A stretch of 64,000 bases of DNA from an uncultured Candidatus Saccharibacteria bacterium (lineage in GTDB: Bacteria; Patescibacteriota; Minisyncoccia; UBA6257; 2-01-FULL-56-20): contig OZ246418.1 of the NCBI GenBank assembly GCA_965231155.1, forward strand, positions 368,751 through 432,750, in the 5' to 3' direction. Both the position numbers and the translations under genes were made by a program. This document shows, in pieces, positions 10,175-19,243 of this stretch. Positions within the stretch are counted from its first letter, which is position 1, and each line of letters opens with the position of its first letter. The notes under the pieces are model-generated. The model searched no databases. It was not told the DNA's origin and saw only the letters and a list, made by a program, of their open reading frames with translations.

Positions 10175-10205
10175 AACCCCCTCTTTTCAAGAGGGGGTTT
10201 GCATT
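10175..10205 (+). terminator. Rho-independent terminator after the giant surface protein gene
   Basis: Perfect 11-bp stem aaccccctctt / aagagggggtt with a 3-nt loop, followed by a T-rich tract. A second hairpin (gtgtgacag...ctgtcacaa) lies at 10143-10168. Confidence 0.7.
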
Positions 10206-10230
10206 TGGGGGTGGGTTTCTTACAATTCAT

Positions 10231-12471
10231 ATGGTTATGCAACCGACAAAAGTTATAAAAATATTGCAGTGGTTGATTTTCGGCATTGTTTTTTTAGTGC
10301 CGCTTTTCTATGTGCGTCAGAGTGTCTATCCATACACTTTCGCGAAAACTCTTTTTTTCCAAGCCTTAGTAGAGATTGCTTTCTTTCTTTGGCTAGCTCT
10401 TGCGGTTAAAGATCAACGATTGAGACCTCGTTTTACCCCGATTACCCTTGCGGTGGGGGGTTTTCTATTGGTGGCTGCCACGACCGCCTTCTTTGGAGTT
10501 GATTTTTGGAGAAGTCTTTGGTCAACCCAGGAGAGAATGGTAGGAATTATTACTTTTCTCCACTTGGCGGTGTTTATGCTGGTAGTCAGTTCTCTTCGAG
10601 AGCACATTTCTCGACAGTGGCTCCTTTTTACTTCAGTTCTCACAGCCGACATAGTTAGTTTTTTGGCCTTCCTCCAACTCAACGTGCCAAATCTGCTTCT
10701 TACTGAGTCGGTGGGAAGTCGTCCCGGGGCGACCTTTGGAAACCCGACGTTTTTCGCTGGGTATCTTCTTTTTCATATCTTTATTGCGCTCTATTATTTT
10801 CTTTTCGAGAAAAATGCTCCGTCTTCAGCAAGTTGGTATAAATGGTTCTTTGGAGGGTCGTTTGTGTGTTTATCTATTGCACTTTTCATTACTCAAACAA
10901 GAGGAGATATTTTAGGGTTTGGGTTGGGAATCCTTACTCTTTTCTTTTTGTTCGCTTTGCAGCCACCGCTCTCTTCGGGGATCGGTGCTCGGCGATCTTT
11001 TTATTTTGGCTGTCTAGGTATTTTTGTTTTAATAGTTTCGGGATTTTGGCTTACTCGTTCGGCATCAGTATGGAAGGGAGTTCCTGGTCTTGAAAGATTT
11101 CAGAACCTGACTTTTTCGAGCAGTGAAATTGAACCGCGCCTCTTTGCCTATCGGGCTGCCTGGCAGGGTTTTTTAGAACGGCCTACTGGCTGGGGTTGGG
11201 AAAACTTTAATGTGGTTTCTAATAAGTATTATCAGCCAAGCTTATTGCAGTATAACTATGTGGAAACAAGATTTGATAAGCCACACAATGTCTTTCTTGA
11301 GTACTTAGTGACCGGCGGCGCCTTATTGCTATTGGCTTATTGCGCCATGTTAATCGTTCTCATCAAGCAGGCTTGGCGGAAAGACGATCTATTATTTGGA
11401 CAGATCGTTGTCGCTATCGTTGTGAGCTACTCTGTAAGGAATCTGTTCGTATTTGAAACGCTTGGACCATTGCTTATACTTTTTCTCCTTCTCGGCCTGG
11501 TTGATGGTGCATACCGAAGAGGTTCTGAAAATACAACAGCAAGACCTAAGGGAAACTCACGAGGAGCACATTCTTTTAGTAGTCCATGGCCAGGCTTAGT
11601 AGTTGGCTTGATGGTGGCGTATGGTATGTTCGTCATTCCACTACAAGCAACATATCACCAGTTTTGGGGGTTCCATCTTTTCATTCGTAATCAATCTCAG
11701 AAAGCAGTCGAGAGCTTTGAGAAGGCGATAGCACTTCCTACGCCATATCGTTGGAATATACAGAGAGATTATGCTGCAGCTATTACCCAGGCCTACTTTT
11801 ATAATCCAACTTCGGTGTCTGTAGAGGCGGTTCGAAGAGCTATCAAGGGAATGGAAGAGGTGGCCGAGAAACATCCATTAGATGCGTATAATCATTATGC
11901 ATTAGTTGATATGTACAACGAGGCCTCTGATGCAGATCCTCAGTATCTTAGTAAGGCTGAGAAGCAAGCAGAGATTGCTTTGAGTCTCAGTCCAAATCGG
12001 CAACAGGTGCTTTTCTCATTAGCTAAAACAAAAACTCTCAAGAAGGAGAATCTGGTTGCTCTAGATATTTTGAAGAAAGCTCTTGATCTTGAGCCCAAAG
12101 TCCCAGATGCGCATTTCTATTATGGTCTTTTGGCTCACGTGGTTGGTCAGAAAGATCTTGCATACAAAGAGCTGAAGGAGGCCATTGCTATGGGTCGACA
12201 GTGGAAGAATGTGAATGAACCGATACTAGTAGGGAATTTCTTTGCTGATCAGGGACACTTGAGTGATGCGATTATGGCTTACAAACAGGCAGGATTAATG
12301 GATCCAGAGAATCTTGAGGTGATGGCAAAGTTGGGTGTCGCTTACTACTTCGCTGGAGATCGAGATCTTGCTCGCATCGAGCTTCAGAAGCTCAAGAATA
12401 AAACTGATCTCCGTTCTTCTCCTGGATATGCAGATATGGCTCCGATTCTTCGGGCTCTTGGACTAGAGTAG
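10231..12471 (+). CDS. Wzy_C (O-antigen ligase / O-oligosaccharyltransferase-like) polytopic membrane protein with C-terminal TPR repeats
   Basis: About 10-12 TM helices followed by a large periplasmic-type loop (Wzy_C-like). C-terminal 300 aa has TPR-like helical repeats (AYKELKEAIAMG..., AIMAYKQAGLMDPEN). ATG at 10231 preferred over 10135, which reads CDRCDCC through the terminator hairpins. Confidence 0.7.
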   Translation: MVMQPTKVIKILQWLIFGIVFLVPLFYVRQSVYPYTFAKTLFFQALVEIAFFLWLALAVKDQRLRPRFTPITLAVGGFLLVAATTAFFGVDFWRSLWSTQERMVGIITFLHLAVFMLVVSSLREHISRQWLLFTSVLTADIVSFLAFLQLNVPNLLLTESVGSRPGATFGNPTFFAGYLLFHIFIALYYFLFEKNAPSSASWYKWFFGGSFVCLSIALFITQTRGDILGFGLGILTLFFLFALQPPLSSGIGARRSFYFGCLGIFVLIVSGFWLTRSASVWKGVPGLERFQNLTFSSSEIEPRLFAYRAAWQGFLERPTGWGWENFNVVSNKYYQPSLLQYNYVETRFDKPHNVFLEYLVTGGALLLLAYCAMLIVLIKQAWRKDDLLFGQIVVAIVVSYSVRNLFVFETLGPLLILFLLLGLVDGAYRRGSENTTARPKGNSRGAHSFSSPWPGLVVGLMVAYGMFVIPLQATYHQFWGFHLFIRNQSQKAVESFEKAIALPTPYRWNIQRDYAAAITQAYFYNPTSVSVEAVRRAIKGMEEVAEKHPLDAYNHYALVDMYNEASDADPQYLSKAEKQAEIALSLSPNRQQVLFSLAKTKTLKKENLVALDILKKALDLEPKVPDAHFYYGLLAHVVGQKDLAYKELKEAIAMGRQWKNVNEPILVGNFFADQGHLSDAIMAYKQAGLMDPENLEVMAKLGVAYYFAGDRDLARIELQKLKNKTDLRSSPGYADMAPILRALGLE

Positions 12472-12510
12472 GTGTGAAAGGGGGATTTGTGGCGTAAAAT
12501 CTCACTTATT

Positions 12511-12519
12511 TGCTATAAT
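12511..12519 (+). promoter_or_regulatory. Extended -10 promoter element (TGcTATAAT) upstream of hup
   Basis: tgctataat at 12511-12519, 50 nt upstream of the hup ATG. No good -35 box. Confidence 0.4.
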
Positions 12520-12569
12520 GGGGGTATAAGAAAGGTCGAGGCGTTCTTATTTCTTATTTATATATATTT

Positions 12570-12845
12570 ATGACTAAAGATGGATTGGCAGAAGCCATAA
12601 TGAAAGCGACTGGCATTGAGCACAAAAGCCATGCTAAGCAGGCCGTTGAGGCAGTCTTTGAGGTTATCACGAAGACTCTTGGTCGTGGTGAGGAGGTGGC
12701 CATCGCCGGTTTTGGTAGTTTCCGAGTGGCCAAGAGAGCAGCACGCATGGGAATCAATCCGAAGACTGGAGAGAAGATCCATATTGCCGCTTCGGTGAAG
12801 CCAAAGTTTCGAGCGGGGAAGGCTCTTAAAGAAGCCGTCGCTTAA
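12570..12845 (+). CDS. hup: DNA-binding protein HU (histone-like, HU/IHF family)
   Basis: 91 aa. MTKDGLAEAIMKATGIEHKSHAKQAVEAVFEVIT...GFGSFRVAKRAARMGINPKTGEKIHIAASVKPKFRAGKALKEAV is the canonical HU fold sequence, including the arm with RNPKTGE. Confidence 0.9.
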   Translation: MTKDGLAEAIMKATGIEHKSHAKQAVEAVFEVITKTLGRGEEVAIAGFGSFRVAKRAARMGINPKTGEKIHIAASVKPKFRAGKALKEAVA

Positions 12846-12871
12846 GATTTTAAATTTGAAGTTGAAGGTAA

Positions 12872-12906
12872 AAAAATACTTCCCTTAGAGGGGAAGTATT
12901 TTTTTA
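12872..12906. terminator. Bidirectional rho-independent terminator between convergent genes
   Basis: Perfect 10-bp stem aatacttccc / gggaagtatt with a 6-nt loop, flanked by A-run (5') and T-run (3'). Confidence 0.75.
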
Positions 12907-13658
12907 CTGGCGTCGCTGATCTTTAGAAGAACGGTGTACGACTGACTGAGTTTCTCTAGAGATTCTTTCGTGAATGCGTGACTTTTTTCTACTTCGTGAT
13001 TAGCGAGACTCTGCCACGCTTTTCTGTTTTGAAGTACTGCCTGATCAAAAATCGTGAGAGCCTCTTTTTCAAGAGCAACAATCTCGTGATCGCCAGGGAG
13101 GCTAAAGGCATCGAGTGTCTTTTTAATATCCTTAAATCGCTTTCCTCCAACTTCAAACAAGGCCTGGCTGTCCGTCCAATTAAGGAGAGTGCTGACAAGG
13201 GAGTCGAGAGGTTCGTCGATTTGCTTCCTTCTTTCGGAGATGTCTTTCGCGAAATCCTTAGCCCCTTTTAATCCAAGATTATCAATCTGGGTTTGTTTGT
13301 AGTTGTAAAAACTAATATTTTCTTCGATTTGTCGATGAATCCACTCAGCGAAAGCGCTTACTTCCGGAGAAGGATTTTTGATTTCAGACAGTTGGGCATC
13401 AAGATCATCAGCGTCTTTCTTGAGACACGAGAGAGTAATCTTGAGGATGTTCTTCCTGGCATTCAGTTCGCGTACGATACTTTTCTGATCGCCATCATTC
13501 GTGAGGGCCTGAATTTCTTTTAGCTTTGTAATGGTATCGCCAAAATCACAGGTGGTTGTTTGCGCCTGAGCTTGGTGGGGGAGTGTGGTTAATAGAGACA
13601 AAGAAAAGACCGCAAGGAGAGAAGCGGCGAGGGTCTTTGTATGGCGTGTAAATTCCAT
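12885..13658 (-). CDS. Secreted hypothetical protein (signal peptide, largely alpha-helical / coiled-coil)
   Basis: 257 aa. N-terminal signal TLAASLLAVFSLSLLTTLPHQAQAQ. Rich in Lys/Glu/Leu heptad-like segments. Confidence 0.55.
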   Translation of the reverse strand: MEFTRHTKTLAASLLAVFSLSLLTTLPHQAQAQTTTCDFGDTITKLKEIQALTNDGDQKSIVRELNARKNILKITLSCLKKDADDLDAQLSEIKNPSPEVSAFAEWIHRQIEENISFYNYKQTQIDNLGLKGAKDFAKDISERRKQIDEPLDSLVSTLLNWTDSQALFEVGGKRFKDIKKTLDAFSLPGDHEIVALEKEALTIFDQAVLQNRKAWQSLANHEVEKSHAFTKESLEKLSQSYTVLLKISDASKKILPL

Positions 13659-14134
13659 TATTCAGAGAGAAGTTCGAGAACATCCTCTATTGTGGGAGGA
13701 GTAGAGGTTTCTGCTTGAGGAGTTGAGGTGCTCTGCTTGGGAGCTATGATCGCTGTTCTGAGAGATTTCTTTTTGGCGATTCGGGAAGTGTTAGAAGTGG
13801 GTAGTGTGCTTGAGCTTTCAATATAATCGACGTCGAGGAGCTTGATCTGAATATCGATGGCTTCTGCCTCAGCTCGTAGACCACCCGAGTTCAAGCTTCC
13901 TGACTGAATTGGAGAGAAGAGAGAGTTTAAGGAAGAATTGCCAAGCATTACTAAAAAGAGAAGGCTCACAAGGGCAACCGCACTGCCATATTCAGCGATA
14001 TGTAAAAGAGTCAAAGACAGCCAACGCTTGGAGTTGCGAGGGCTCCCGATAATCGCGTTTAAAGAACGGTCAGTATAGCGCTGATCCGGTTCGATAGTTC
14101 TTAGCTTATGTAAAATGTGTTCAAGATTATTCAT
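13658..14134 (-). CDS. Putative anti-sigma factor (single-pass membrane protein), translationally coupled to the upstream ECF sigma gene
   Basis: Start ATG overlaps the sigma-factor stop in ATGAATAA (MNNLEHILHKL...). One TM segment (SAVALVSLLFLVMLG). The longer ORF to 14242 would overlap the sigma gene by 115 nt. Confidence 0.5.
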   Translation of the reverse strand: MNNLEHILHKLRTIEPDQRYTDRSLNAIIGSPRNSKRWLSLTLLHIAEYGSAVALVSLLFLVMLGNSSLNSLFSPIQSGSLNSGGLRAEAEAIDIQIKLLDVDYIESSSTLPTSNTSRIAKKKSLRTAIIAPKQSTSTPQAETSTPPTIEDVLELLSE

Positions 14135-14717
14135 TAACGAGAGAGCGTAATTTTTCCATAGCCCGATGCTGTAAAAGTTTGATTGATCCTTCGCTTTTTT
14201 TAAGGGCGAGGGCAACTTCCTTTGTTGAGTAGTCTTCGACAAAGCGCATGATGATCACGTCCTGATGCTCTGGCTTGAGCTTGAGGATCGCACTTCTCAC
14301 CGCTTGCACATCGAGATCGCGGTCGAGTTGATCGCTGATTTCGTTGCCTCCTGCGAACGCTTCTGGGTCGATATCGTCGATAGAGATATTGGCTTTCTTG
14401 GTTCGGTAGGAGTCGATGACTTGGTTTCTGGCCATACGGTAGAGCCAACTACCGAAGGGGAAACCTCGAGGCTTGAAATTTTCGATGTTCTGCCAGGCCT
14501 TCAGAAAGACCTGATGGGTGAGGTCCTCAGCCTCCTCACGACGGCCAACTTTAAAGTATATAAACCGATAAATTTTCGGCTGATAGTGCTTATAAAGTAG
14601 GCCGAAGGCTGAGGCCTCTCCCCGGATGGCGTTTTTTAGAATATCGTCCTCACCATCTATCATAGATAACGATTGGGGGTCACTTTGGTTACGGAATATG
14701 TAGGAAAAATCAGTCAT
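14127..14717 (-). CDS. ECF-type RNA polymerase sigma-70 family factor
   Basis: Region 2 (LTHQVFLKAWQNIENFKPRGFPFGSWLYRMARNQVIDSYR) and region 4 HTH (EDYSTKEVALALKKSEGSIKLLQHRAMEKLR). Confidence 0.85.
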   Translation of the reverse strand: MTDFSYIFRNQSDPQSLSMIDGEDDILKNAIRGEASAFGLLYKHYQPKIYRFIYFKVGRREEAEDLTHQVFLKAWQNIENFKPRGFPFGSWLYRMARNQVIDSYRTKKANISIDDIDPEAFAGGNEISDQLDRDLDVQAVRSAILKLKPEHQDVIIMRFVEDYSTKEVALALKKSEGSIKLLQHRAMEKLRSLVNE

Positions 14718-14756
14718 TTTGCCAATTCACCTTATTATACGACTTTTCCGTTTTTT

Positions 14757-14830
14757 TGGAGCGGGATACCAGAATCGGACTGGCGCCTCGTCCTTGGCAA
14801 GGACGTGTACTACCACTATACGAATCCCGC
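14757..14830 (-). tRNA. tRNA-Gly (anticodon GCC), CCA encoded
   Basis: Minus strand GCGGGAT...ATCCCGC acceptor. D-loop TAGTGGTAGTA. Anticodon stem CGTCC/GGACG with loop TTGCCAA. Discriminator U then CCA. Confidence 0.85.
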
Positions 14831-14914
14831 GAATAGTTCAGGTAATCGGCGAGAATTATTCTAGCTGGTACCAGGCAAGAAATCAAACATTGGGTTTGGG
14901 GAGGCTTCATTTTA

Positions 14915-15373
14915 GTGTATTCTAGAGGGATGAAGAAGTCTTGGCTGTCGAACGGTGAGTATTCACGGATATTTTCTAAGGTGCCACGAGTGGCTGTTGA
15001 CTTGGTCTTGGAGACTGAGGCTGGCCTTTTGTTGAGTTTACGGAAGATCGCTCCGTACAAGGGCTACTGGCATCTTCCTGGTGGACGAGTAAATTTTCGG
15101 GAGTCTCTTTTCTCTGCAGCACAGAGGATTGCTCAGGAGGAGTTGGGTTTGTCGGTTCGACCTCTAAAGATCTTGGGGACGATGGAATTTCTGAAAGAGG
15201 TGCAGCACGGTGAGTCCCGTCATACGGTCAGTACTGCGATTGCAGTCGAACCACTATCGAAGGATATTGTGCTTGATCACCAGGCTTCGGCCGTTCGTTT
15301 CTTTAAGAAACTCCCAAAGAAGACGGTTTTGGAGCAGCGTAAGTTTTTAAGAGAAATTGGATGGAAGATTTAA
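14915..15373 (+). CDS. NUDIX hydrolase
   Basis: Nudix box GGRVNFRESLFSAAQRIAQEELGL (GX5EX7REUXEEXGU). Confidence 0.8.
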   Translation: MYSRGMKKSWLSNGEYSRIFSKVPRVAVDLVLETEAGLLLSLRKIAPYKGYWHLPGGRVNFRESLFSAAQRIAQEELGLSVRPLKILGTMEFLKEVQHGESRHTVSTAIAVEPLSKDIVLDHQASAVRFFKKLPKKTVLEQRKFLREIGWKI

Positions 15374-15425
15374 GTGGTATTGTAGAATTCTCTAAAGGAG
15401 GCTATATTTTTAATCGTTTCCGAAA

Positions 15426-15497
15426 GCCCTCGTCGTTCAACGGATAGGACACGGGATTGCGAATCCCGTAATGCAGGTTCGATTCCTACCGAGGGCA
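15426..15497 (+). tRNA. tRNA-Arg (anticodon GCG), no encoded CCA
   Basis: Acceptor GCCCTCG/CGAGGGC. D-stem GTTC/GGAC. Anticodon stem CGGGA/TCCCG with loop TTGCGAA. T-loop TTCGATT. Discriminator A followed by CCG. Confidence 0.8.
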
Positions 15498-15504
15498 CCG
15501 AGAG

Positions 15505-15532
15505 TAAAAATAAGCCGTAAGGCTTATTTTTG
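15505..15532 (+). terminator. Rho-independent terminator after tRNA-Arg
   Basis: aaaaataagcc-gtaa-ggcttattttt. Confidence 0.65.
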
Positions 15533-15600
15533 ATTGAGGGGCTAAGGTAAGAATAGCGGAGCCTTCCTACCGAGGGCACTGCGATTTCCTTAGGATATTT

Positions 15601-16065
15601 TTAGAACCTTACCAGTCGTTCAATGACGTCGGAAAGTGTCGGCTCCATCTCTTTTTTTCGTCCGTGGAGTTTCAGTCTTTGTTCGATTGGTTTTTGTAAC
15701 TCTTTGGGCATCAGGATTCGCATCATGGGGCGGATCTTTTTAAAGGCTAGGCCAATCTCCATATATTTTTCTTCTTCACCGAGATCGATGAAACCGAAGT
15801 GATCGAGTTCTTTTAATGGATGGTTCTCTCTTTTCTCGATAATTAAACTTTTATCGTTCAGTTCGAATAAGATTTCTCGAGGCGGTCGATTACCCCAAAC
15901 GAGAACCAGGACTTCAGCAATGACAATGAAAATTCCGAACAGAAAGTTTTGAGAGAGGATGGCGGTGGTGAGGAGAATTATGGCAATAATGATAGAGGCC
16001 CAAGACCAGAGGACTTCTTTCTCGTGATGTTCAAACTCTGGGGCGGTCCAGGTAATGTCTTCCAT
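15601..16065 (-). CDS. Small membrane protein, function unknown (start taken at the internal Met; the upstream part of the ORF looks non-coding)
   Basis: Two TM helices (WASIIIAIILLTTAILSQNFLFGIFIVIAEVLVLVW) then a charged C-terminal domain. Confidence 0.4.
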   Translation of the reverse strand: MEDITWTAPEFEHHEKEVLWSWASIIIAIILLTTAILSQNFLFGIFIVIAEVLVLVWGNRPPREILFELNDKSLIIEKRENHPLKELDHFGFIDLGEEEKYMEIGLAFKKIRPMMRILMPKELQKPIEQRLKLHGRKKEMEPTLSDVIERLVRF

Positions 16066-16108
16066 GTATTTACTATAGCATACGAGGAGATTTGATATAA
16101 TCTGACTA

Positions 16109-16666
16109 ATGGAATCCGAAAACTCTTTTAGGCTTTCGAAACAAGAGGTGCTACCTCTGGTAGTTGAAAGTTTTGACTTACAAAATATGAGCCTAGGGCT
16201 TCGAGAGGAACTTCGGGCTTTTGTTAAAGAAGAAGGAGAAGCAGTTGCTCTCTTTACTGTTGGCAAAGAGCCAAAAGATCGAAAGGTGATGGAGGGACTT
16301 CAGGCTGTTGCTAATCATGCGATCTATATTTTGGGATCTCTCAAAGAAAAAAATCTTGAGGGCGCAATTACGATCGTGCGGGGAGGTGCCGATAGTAAAA
16401 TCATAGGGGTTGGAGTGATTCAGCTATACATGTCTCGAAGAGACCCAGACAGAGCTCGGTTGTATTTTGGGAGAGCGTGGAATGCAGTAGGAGCTGGTGT
16501 AGCGAACGCCATACTTAAAGAGCAGCTTGTTTATTTAAAATCGCGTGGCATCAAAACTTATAAAGCGCGTGTTTCGGATGCGTCCCGGACGGTGTATCAA
16601 AGAGTTGGAGTTTCCTATGAAGAAGATCCAGAGAACTCAAACGAGTTGCTTGTCTCTCTTGTCTGA
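16109..16666 (+). CDS. Hypothetical protein, possibly GNAT-fold acetyltransferase-like
   Basis: 185 aa. C-terminal RAWNAVGAGVANAILKEQLVYLKSRGIKTYKARV...YQRVGV loosely resembles GNAT motif A/B. Confidence 0.35.
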   Translation: MESENSFRLSKQEVLPLVVESFDLQNMSLGLREELRAFVKEEGEAVALFTVGKEPKDRKVMEGLQAVANHAIYILGSLKEKNLEGAITIVRGGADSKIIGVGVIQLYMSRRDPDRARLYFGRAWNAVGAGVANAILKEQLVYLKSRGIKTYKARVSDASRTVYQRVGVSYEEDPENSNELLVSLV

Positions 16667-16681
16667 GGTTCTACATTAGCT

Positions 16682-17422
16682 TCAACGGGCGATGGTGAGG
16701 GCCAGAATGGTTTTCACTCCAGCTGTTTTCAAATTTTTGGCGGCACTGCGGAGCGTGGCACCAGTAGTGGTGACGTCATCAATTAAAATTACTGGTCGGT
16801 TGATGAGGGATTTTTCGGAGACTACAGAAAAGATATCTTTGGCATTTTCTTCACGCTCTTTTTTATTTTTTGTCTGGCTTTGAGGGAGTCGGTGTTTCGT
16901 GCGAACGAGTATGTTTTGAAGGATTGGGATATTGAGTTCTTTGCTAAAAGAGTTTGCGATTTCGGTTGCTTGATTAAAACCACGCTCTCGAAGACGTTCT
17001 CGGCTGAGGGGGATGGGAATAATAACAATATTTTCGTGGGAAATTATTTCTGGGTGGGGATTGAGTTTTTTAATGTAGAGAGCGAGTTGTTTCCCCAGAA
17101 ATACACCAGTGCTTTTGAGGCCACGAAACTTAAGTCCGTGAATCAACTTTTTTGCGAGAGGATTTTCGTACTCGAAAAGACTCCCAAGAAGATAGGGGGT
17201 GTCTTGGTGGCAGATTTTCTTGGCGAGAGGTAGACGCGCACCACAGACACCACAGAAAAGAGTGTCTGGAATAATAATTTTTTTCTGGCAGGCGAGGCAG
17301 AGTGCTTCTTCTTGGTCTGCAATGCTTTTCTGACAGTCGAGACAGCGGGCTGGAAATAAAAGATTAAAGAGACTTGCAAAATAATTCATGAATGAAGTAT
17401 TTTTCTGTGATACAATGTACAT
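16682..17422 (-). CDS. comFC: ComF-family protein (ComFC-like phosphoribosyltransferase with N-terminal Zn-finger), DNA-uptake associated
   Basis: N-terminal CxxC...CxxC (CLDCQKSI...CLACQKK...CGVCG). PRTase signature VILIDDVTTTGATL. Lies divergent to pilM. Confidence 0.8.
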   Translation of the reverse strand: MYIVSQKNTSFMNYFASLFNLLFPARCLDCQKSIADQEEALCLACQKKIIIPDTLFCGVCGARLPLAKKICHQDTPYLLGSLFEYENPLAKKLIHGLKFRGLKSTGVFLGKQLALYIKKLNPHPEIISHENIVIIPIPLSRERLRERGFNQATEIANSFSKELNIPILQNILVRTKHRLPQSQTKNKKEREENAKDIFSVVSEKSLINRPVILIDDVTTTGATLRSAAKNLKTAGVKTILALTIAR

Positions 17423-17428
17423 ACTACG

Positions 17429-18535
17429 ATGCTTGAATGGCTTAATCCACTCACTGCCTATCAGTCTTTCCGAAGGAGTATGTTTCCTTCGTATTTAGGT
17501 GTGGATATTGGCACAACTTCGATTAAAGTGGTCGAGGTGAAGCCAGGCAAAAAAATGCCGGCTGTGGTGAACTATGGATTTTCTGAGGAGAGTAAGTTTC
17601 TGGGTCGACCAACTTCGGCGATTCAGACAAGTAATCTTAAGCTTTTTGATCAGGAGGCGGCGGAAATTCTCACTTCGATTATTCGCAATATGAAGCCTCA
17701 GACGACTCAGGTGATCGCTTCTTTTCCAATCTTTTCTGCATTCGTGACGGTGCTCGATTTGCCTGATATGACTTCGAGCGAGTTGCAGTCCTCGATTGCT
17801 TTTCAGGCGAAGCAGTATATTCCTTTGCCGATTTCAGAAGTAAGTTTGGAGTGGATTAAAGTAGGTGAGTACAATGATGATAAAGGGTATCGTCATCAGC
17901 AGATTCTCTTACTTTCAGTTCCGTTGGAACATATCAATAAGTTCAAAAAGATTTTTGAAGATGCGGGATTGGAGTTGCGGTGGCTTGAGTTGGAGAGTTT
18001 GAGCTTGGGGAGGATTTTGATTGGCAGTGATCCGACACCAACCGTTGTGGTTGATATAGGGAGTCGATCAACAAACATTGCTTTCTTTGAAGGTGGACAG
18101 TTGCGTTTCAACGGACAGAGCGATTTTGGAGGTGCGGCACTAACACAGGCCTTGGCTTCAAGCTTGAACGTGAATCCGAGGCGAGCTGAAGAGTTAAAAA
18201 AAGAACGAGGGTTGGTTGGTACGGGCGCCGAGTACGAGTTGTCCACAATAATGCTACCGTTTTTAGATGCTATAATAGGAGATGTCAAGAAGAGCGAGTT
18301 TAATTACAAGGGGCAGTTTGTGAATGCCAAGCCTGTTGAGCGGGTGATTCTTTCCGGTGGGGGGGCGAATCTTTTGGGAGTTGAGAAGTACTTCGAAAGA
18401 GAGCTTAGTCATCCCACAGTGAAAGCCTCTCCATTCCTTCGGTTTGAGTATCCGCCAATCATGGAACCCTTGGTGCCACAACTAAACTCTTTTTTCACCG
18501 TGGCGTTAGGTTTGGGAGCGAAGGAACTTATCTAA
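17429..18535 (+). CDS. pilM: Type IV pilus assembly protein PilM (actin-like ATPase fold)
   Basis: LGVDIGTTSIKVVEV N-terminal actin/FtsA-like motif. 368 aa. First gene of the pilMNO-BTC operon. Confidence 0.85.
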   Translation: MLEWLNPLTAYQSFRRSMFPSYLGVDIGTTSIKVVEVKPGKKMPAVVNYGFSEESKFLGRPTSAIQTSNLKLFDQEAAEILTSIIRNMKPQTTQVIASFPIFSAFVTVLDLPDMTSSELQSSIAFQAKQYIPLPISEVSLEWIKVGEYNDDKGYRHQQILLLSVPLEHINKFKKIFEDAGLELRWLELESLSLGRILIGSDPTPTVVVDIGSRSTNIAFFEGGQLRFNGQSDFGGAALTQALASSLNVNPRRAEELKKERGLVGTGAEYELSTIMLPFLDAIIGDVKKSEFNYKGQFVNAKPVERVILSGGGANLLGVEKYFERELSHPTVKASPFLRFEYPPIMEPLVPQLNSFFTVALGLGAKELI

Positions 18536-18544
18536 AACTATTGC

Positions 18545-19234
18545 ATGGCTCTTCCCACTAAAGTTGTTGAACAGTTAAGCCGAGCTCCTGCACGAACTCC
18601 AGGCTGGTCCAGTCGCGTGCTTCTTTTTAGCGCGACTTTTTTTATTTTAAGTCTGGGAATATTTTTGGGGATTCAGTTTGGATATCGACCGTTCCTAGAA
18701 GGGCAGGTCCTTCAGTTAGATAAAGATATTAAAAATTTTTCTGATCAAGTTTCGCCGGCCCAACAAGAAGAGCTCGTTACTTTTTATTCGCAGTTAGACA
18801 ACCTGAGTAACTTGTTGGCTCACCAGGTGCAAACGTCAAAAGTTTTCCAGTGGATTGAGACGAACACAAACACTCAGGTTCAGTTAACCAGTCTTTCTTT
18901 TAATGCGACAACGAAGACACTCACTCTCTCTGGACAGGCGAAAACTATTCTAAATCTTGGAGAACAGTTAAATCGGTTTCAGGCTCAGTCGGAAATTATC
19001 AGCTTGCAACTTTCTCAGCTGAGTCTAAACCAAGGGAGTGGGGGATGGAATTTCTCAGCAACCTTAGTGTTCAACAGGAAATATTTTGATCCGAACCCAG
19101 TCGTTCTTGAGCCAGTAAATAACGAGGATGTTTCACAGGAAGGCGTTCCAGGAGAGACTTCTAATACACCTACTGAGCAATCCTCGACGACGGCGACTTC
19201 ATCTTTGGCGACCACGACAATACCTACTCAGTAA
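18545..19234 (+). CDS. pilN: PilN-like pilus assembly protein (N-terminal TM, periplasmic coiled-coil)
   Basis: Single TM LLFSATFFILSLGIFLGIQFGY after a short cytoplasmic N-terminus. Position right after pilM. Confidence 0.6.
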   Translation: MALPTKVVEQLSRAPARTPGWSSRVLLFSATFFILSLGIFLGIQFGYRPFLEGQVLQLDKDIKNFSDQVSPAQQEELVTFYSQLDNLSNLLAHQVQTSKVFQWIETNTNTQVQLTSLSFNATTKTLTLSGQAKTILNLGEQLNRFQAQSEIISLQLSQLSLNQGSGGWNFSATLVFNRKYFDPNPVVLEPVNNEDVSQEGVPGETSNTPTEQSSTTATSSLATTTIPTQ

Positions 19235-19243
19235 TTTATTTAT

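Noticed and set aside
15370-15579. Minus-strand ORF 15370..15579
   Set aside because: It is antisense to tRNA-Arg and its terminator.
15541-15600. Second tRNA gene after tRNA-Arg
   Set aside because: Only the 16-nt 3' tail is duplicated. No D-arm, anticodon arm or T-loop (TTCGA) is present.
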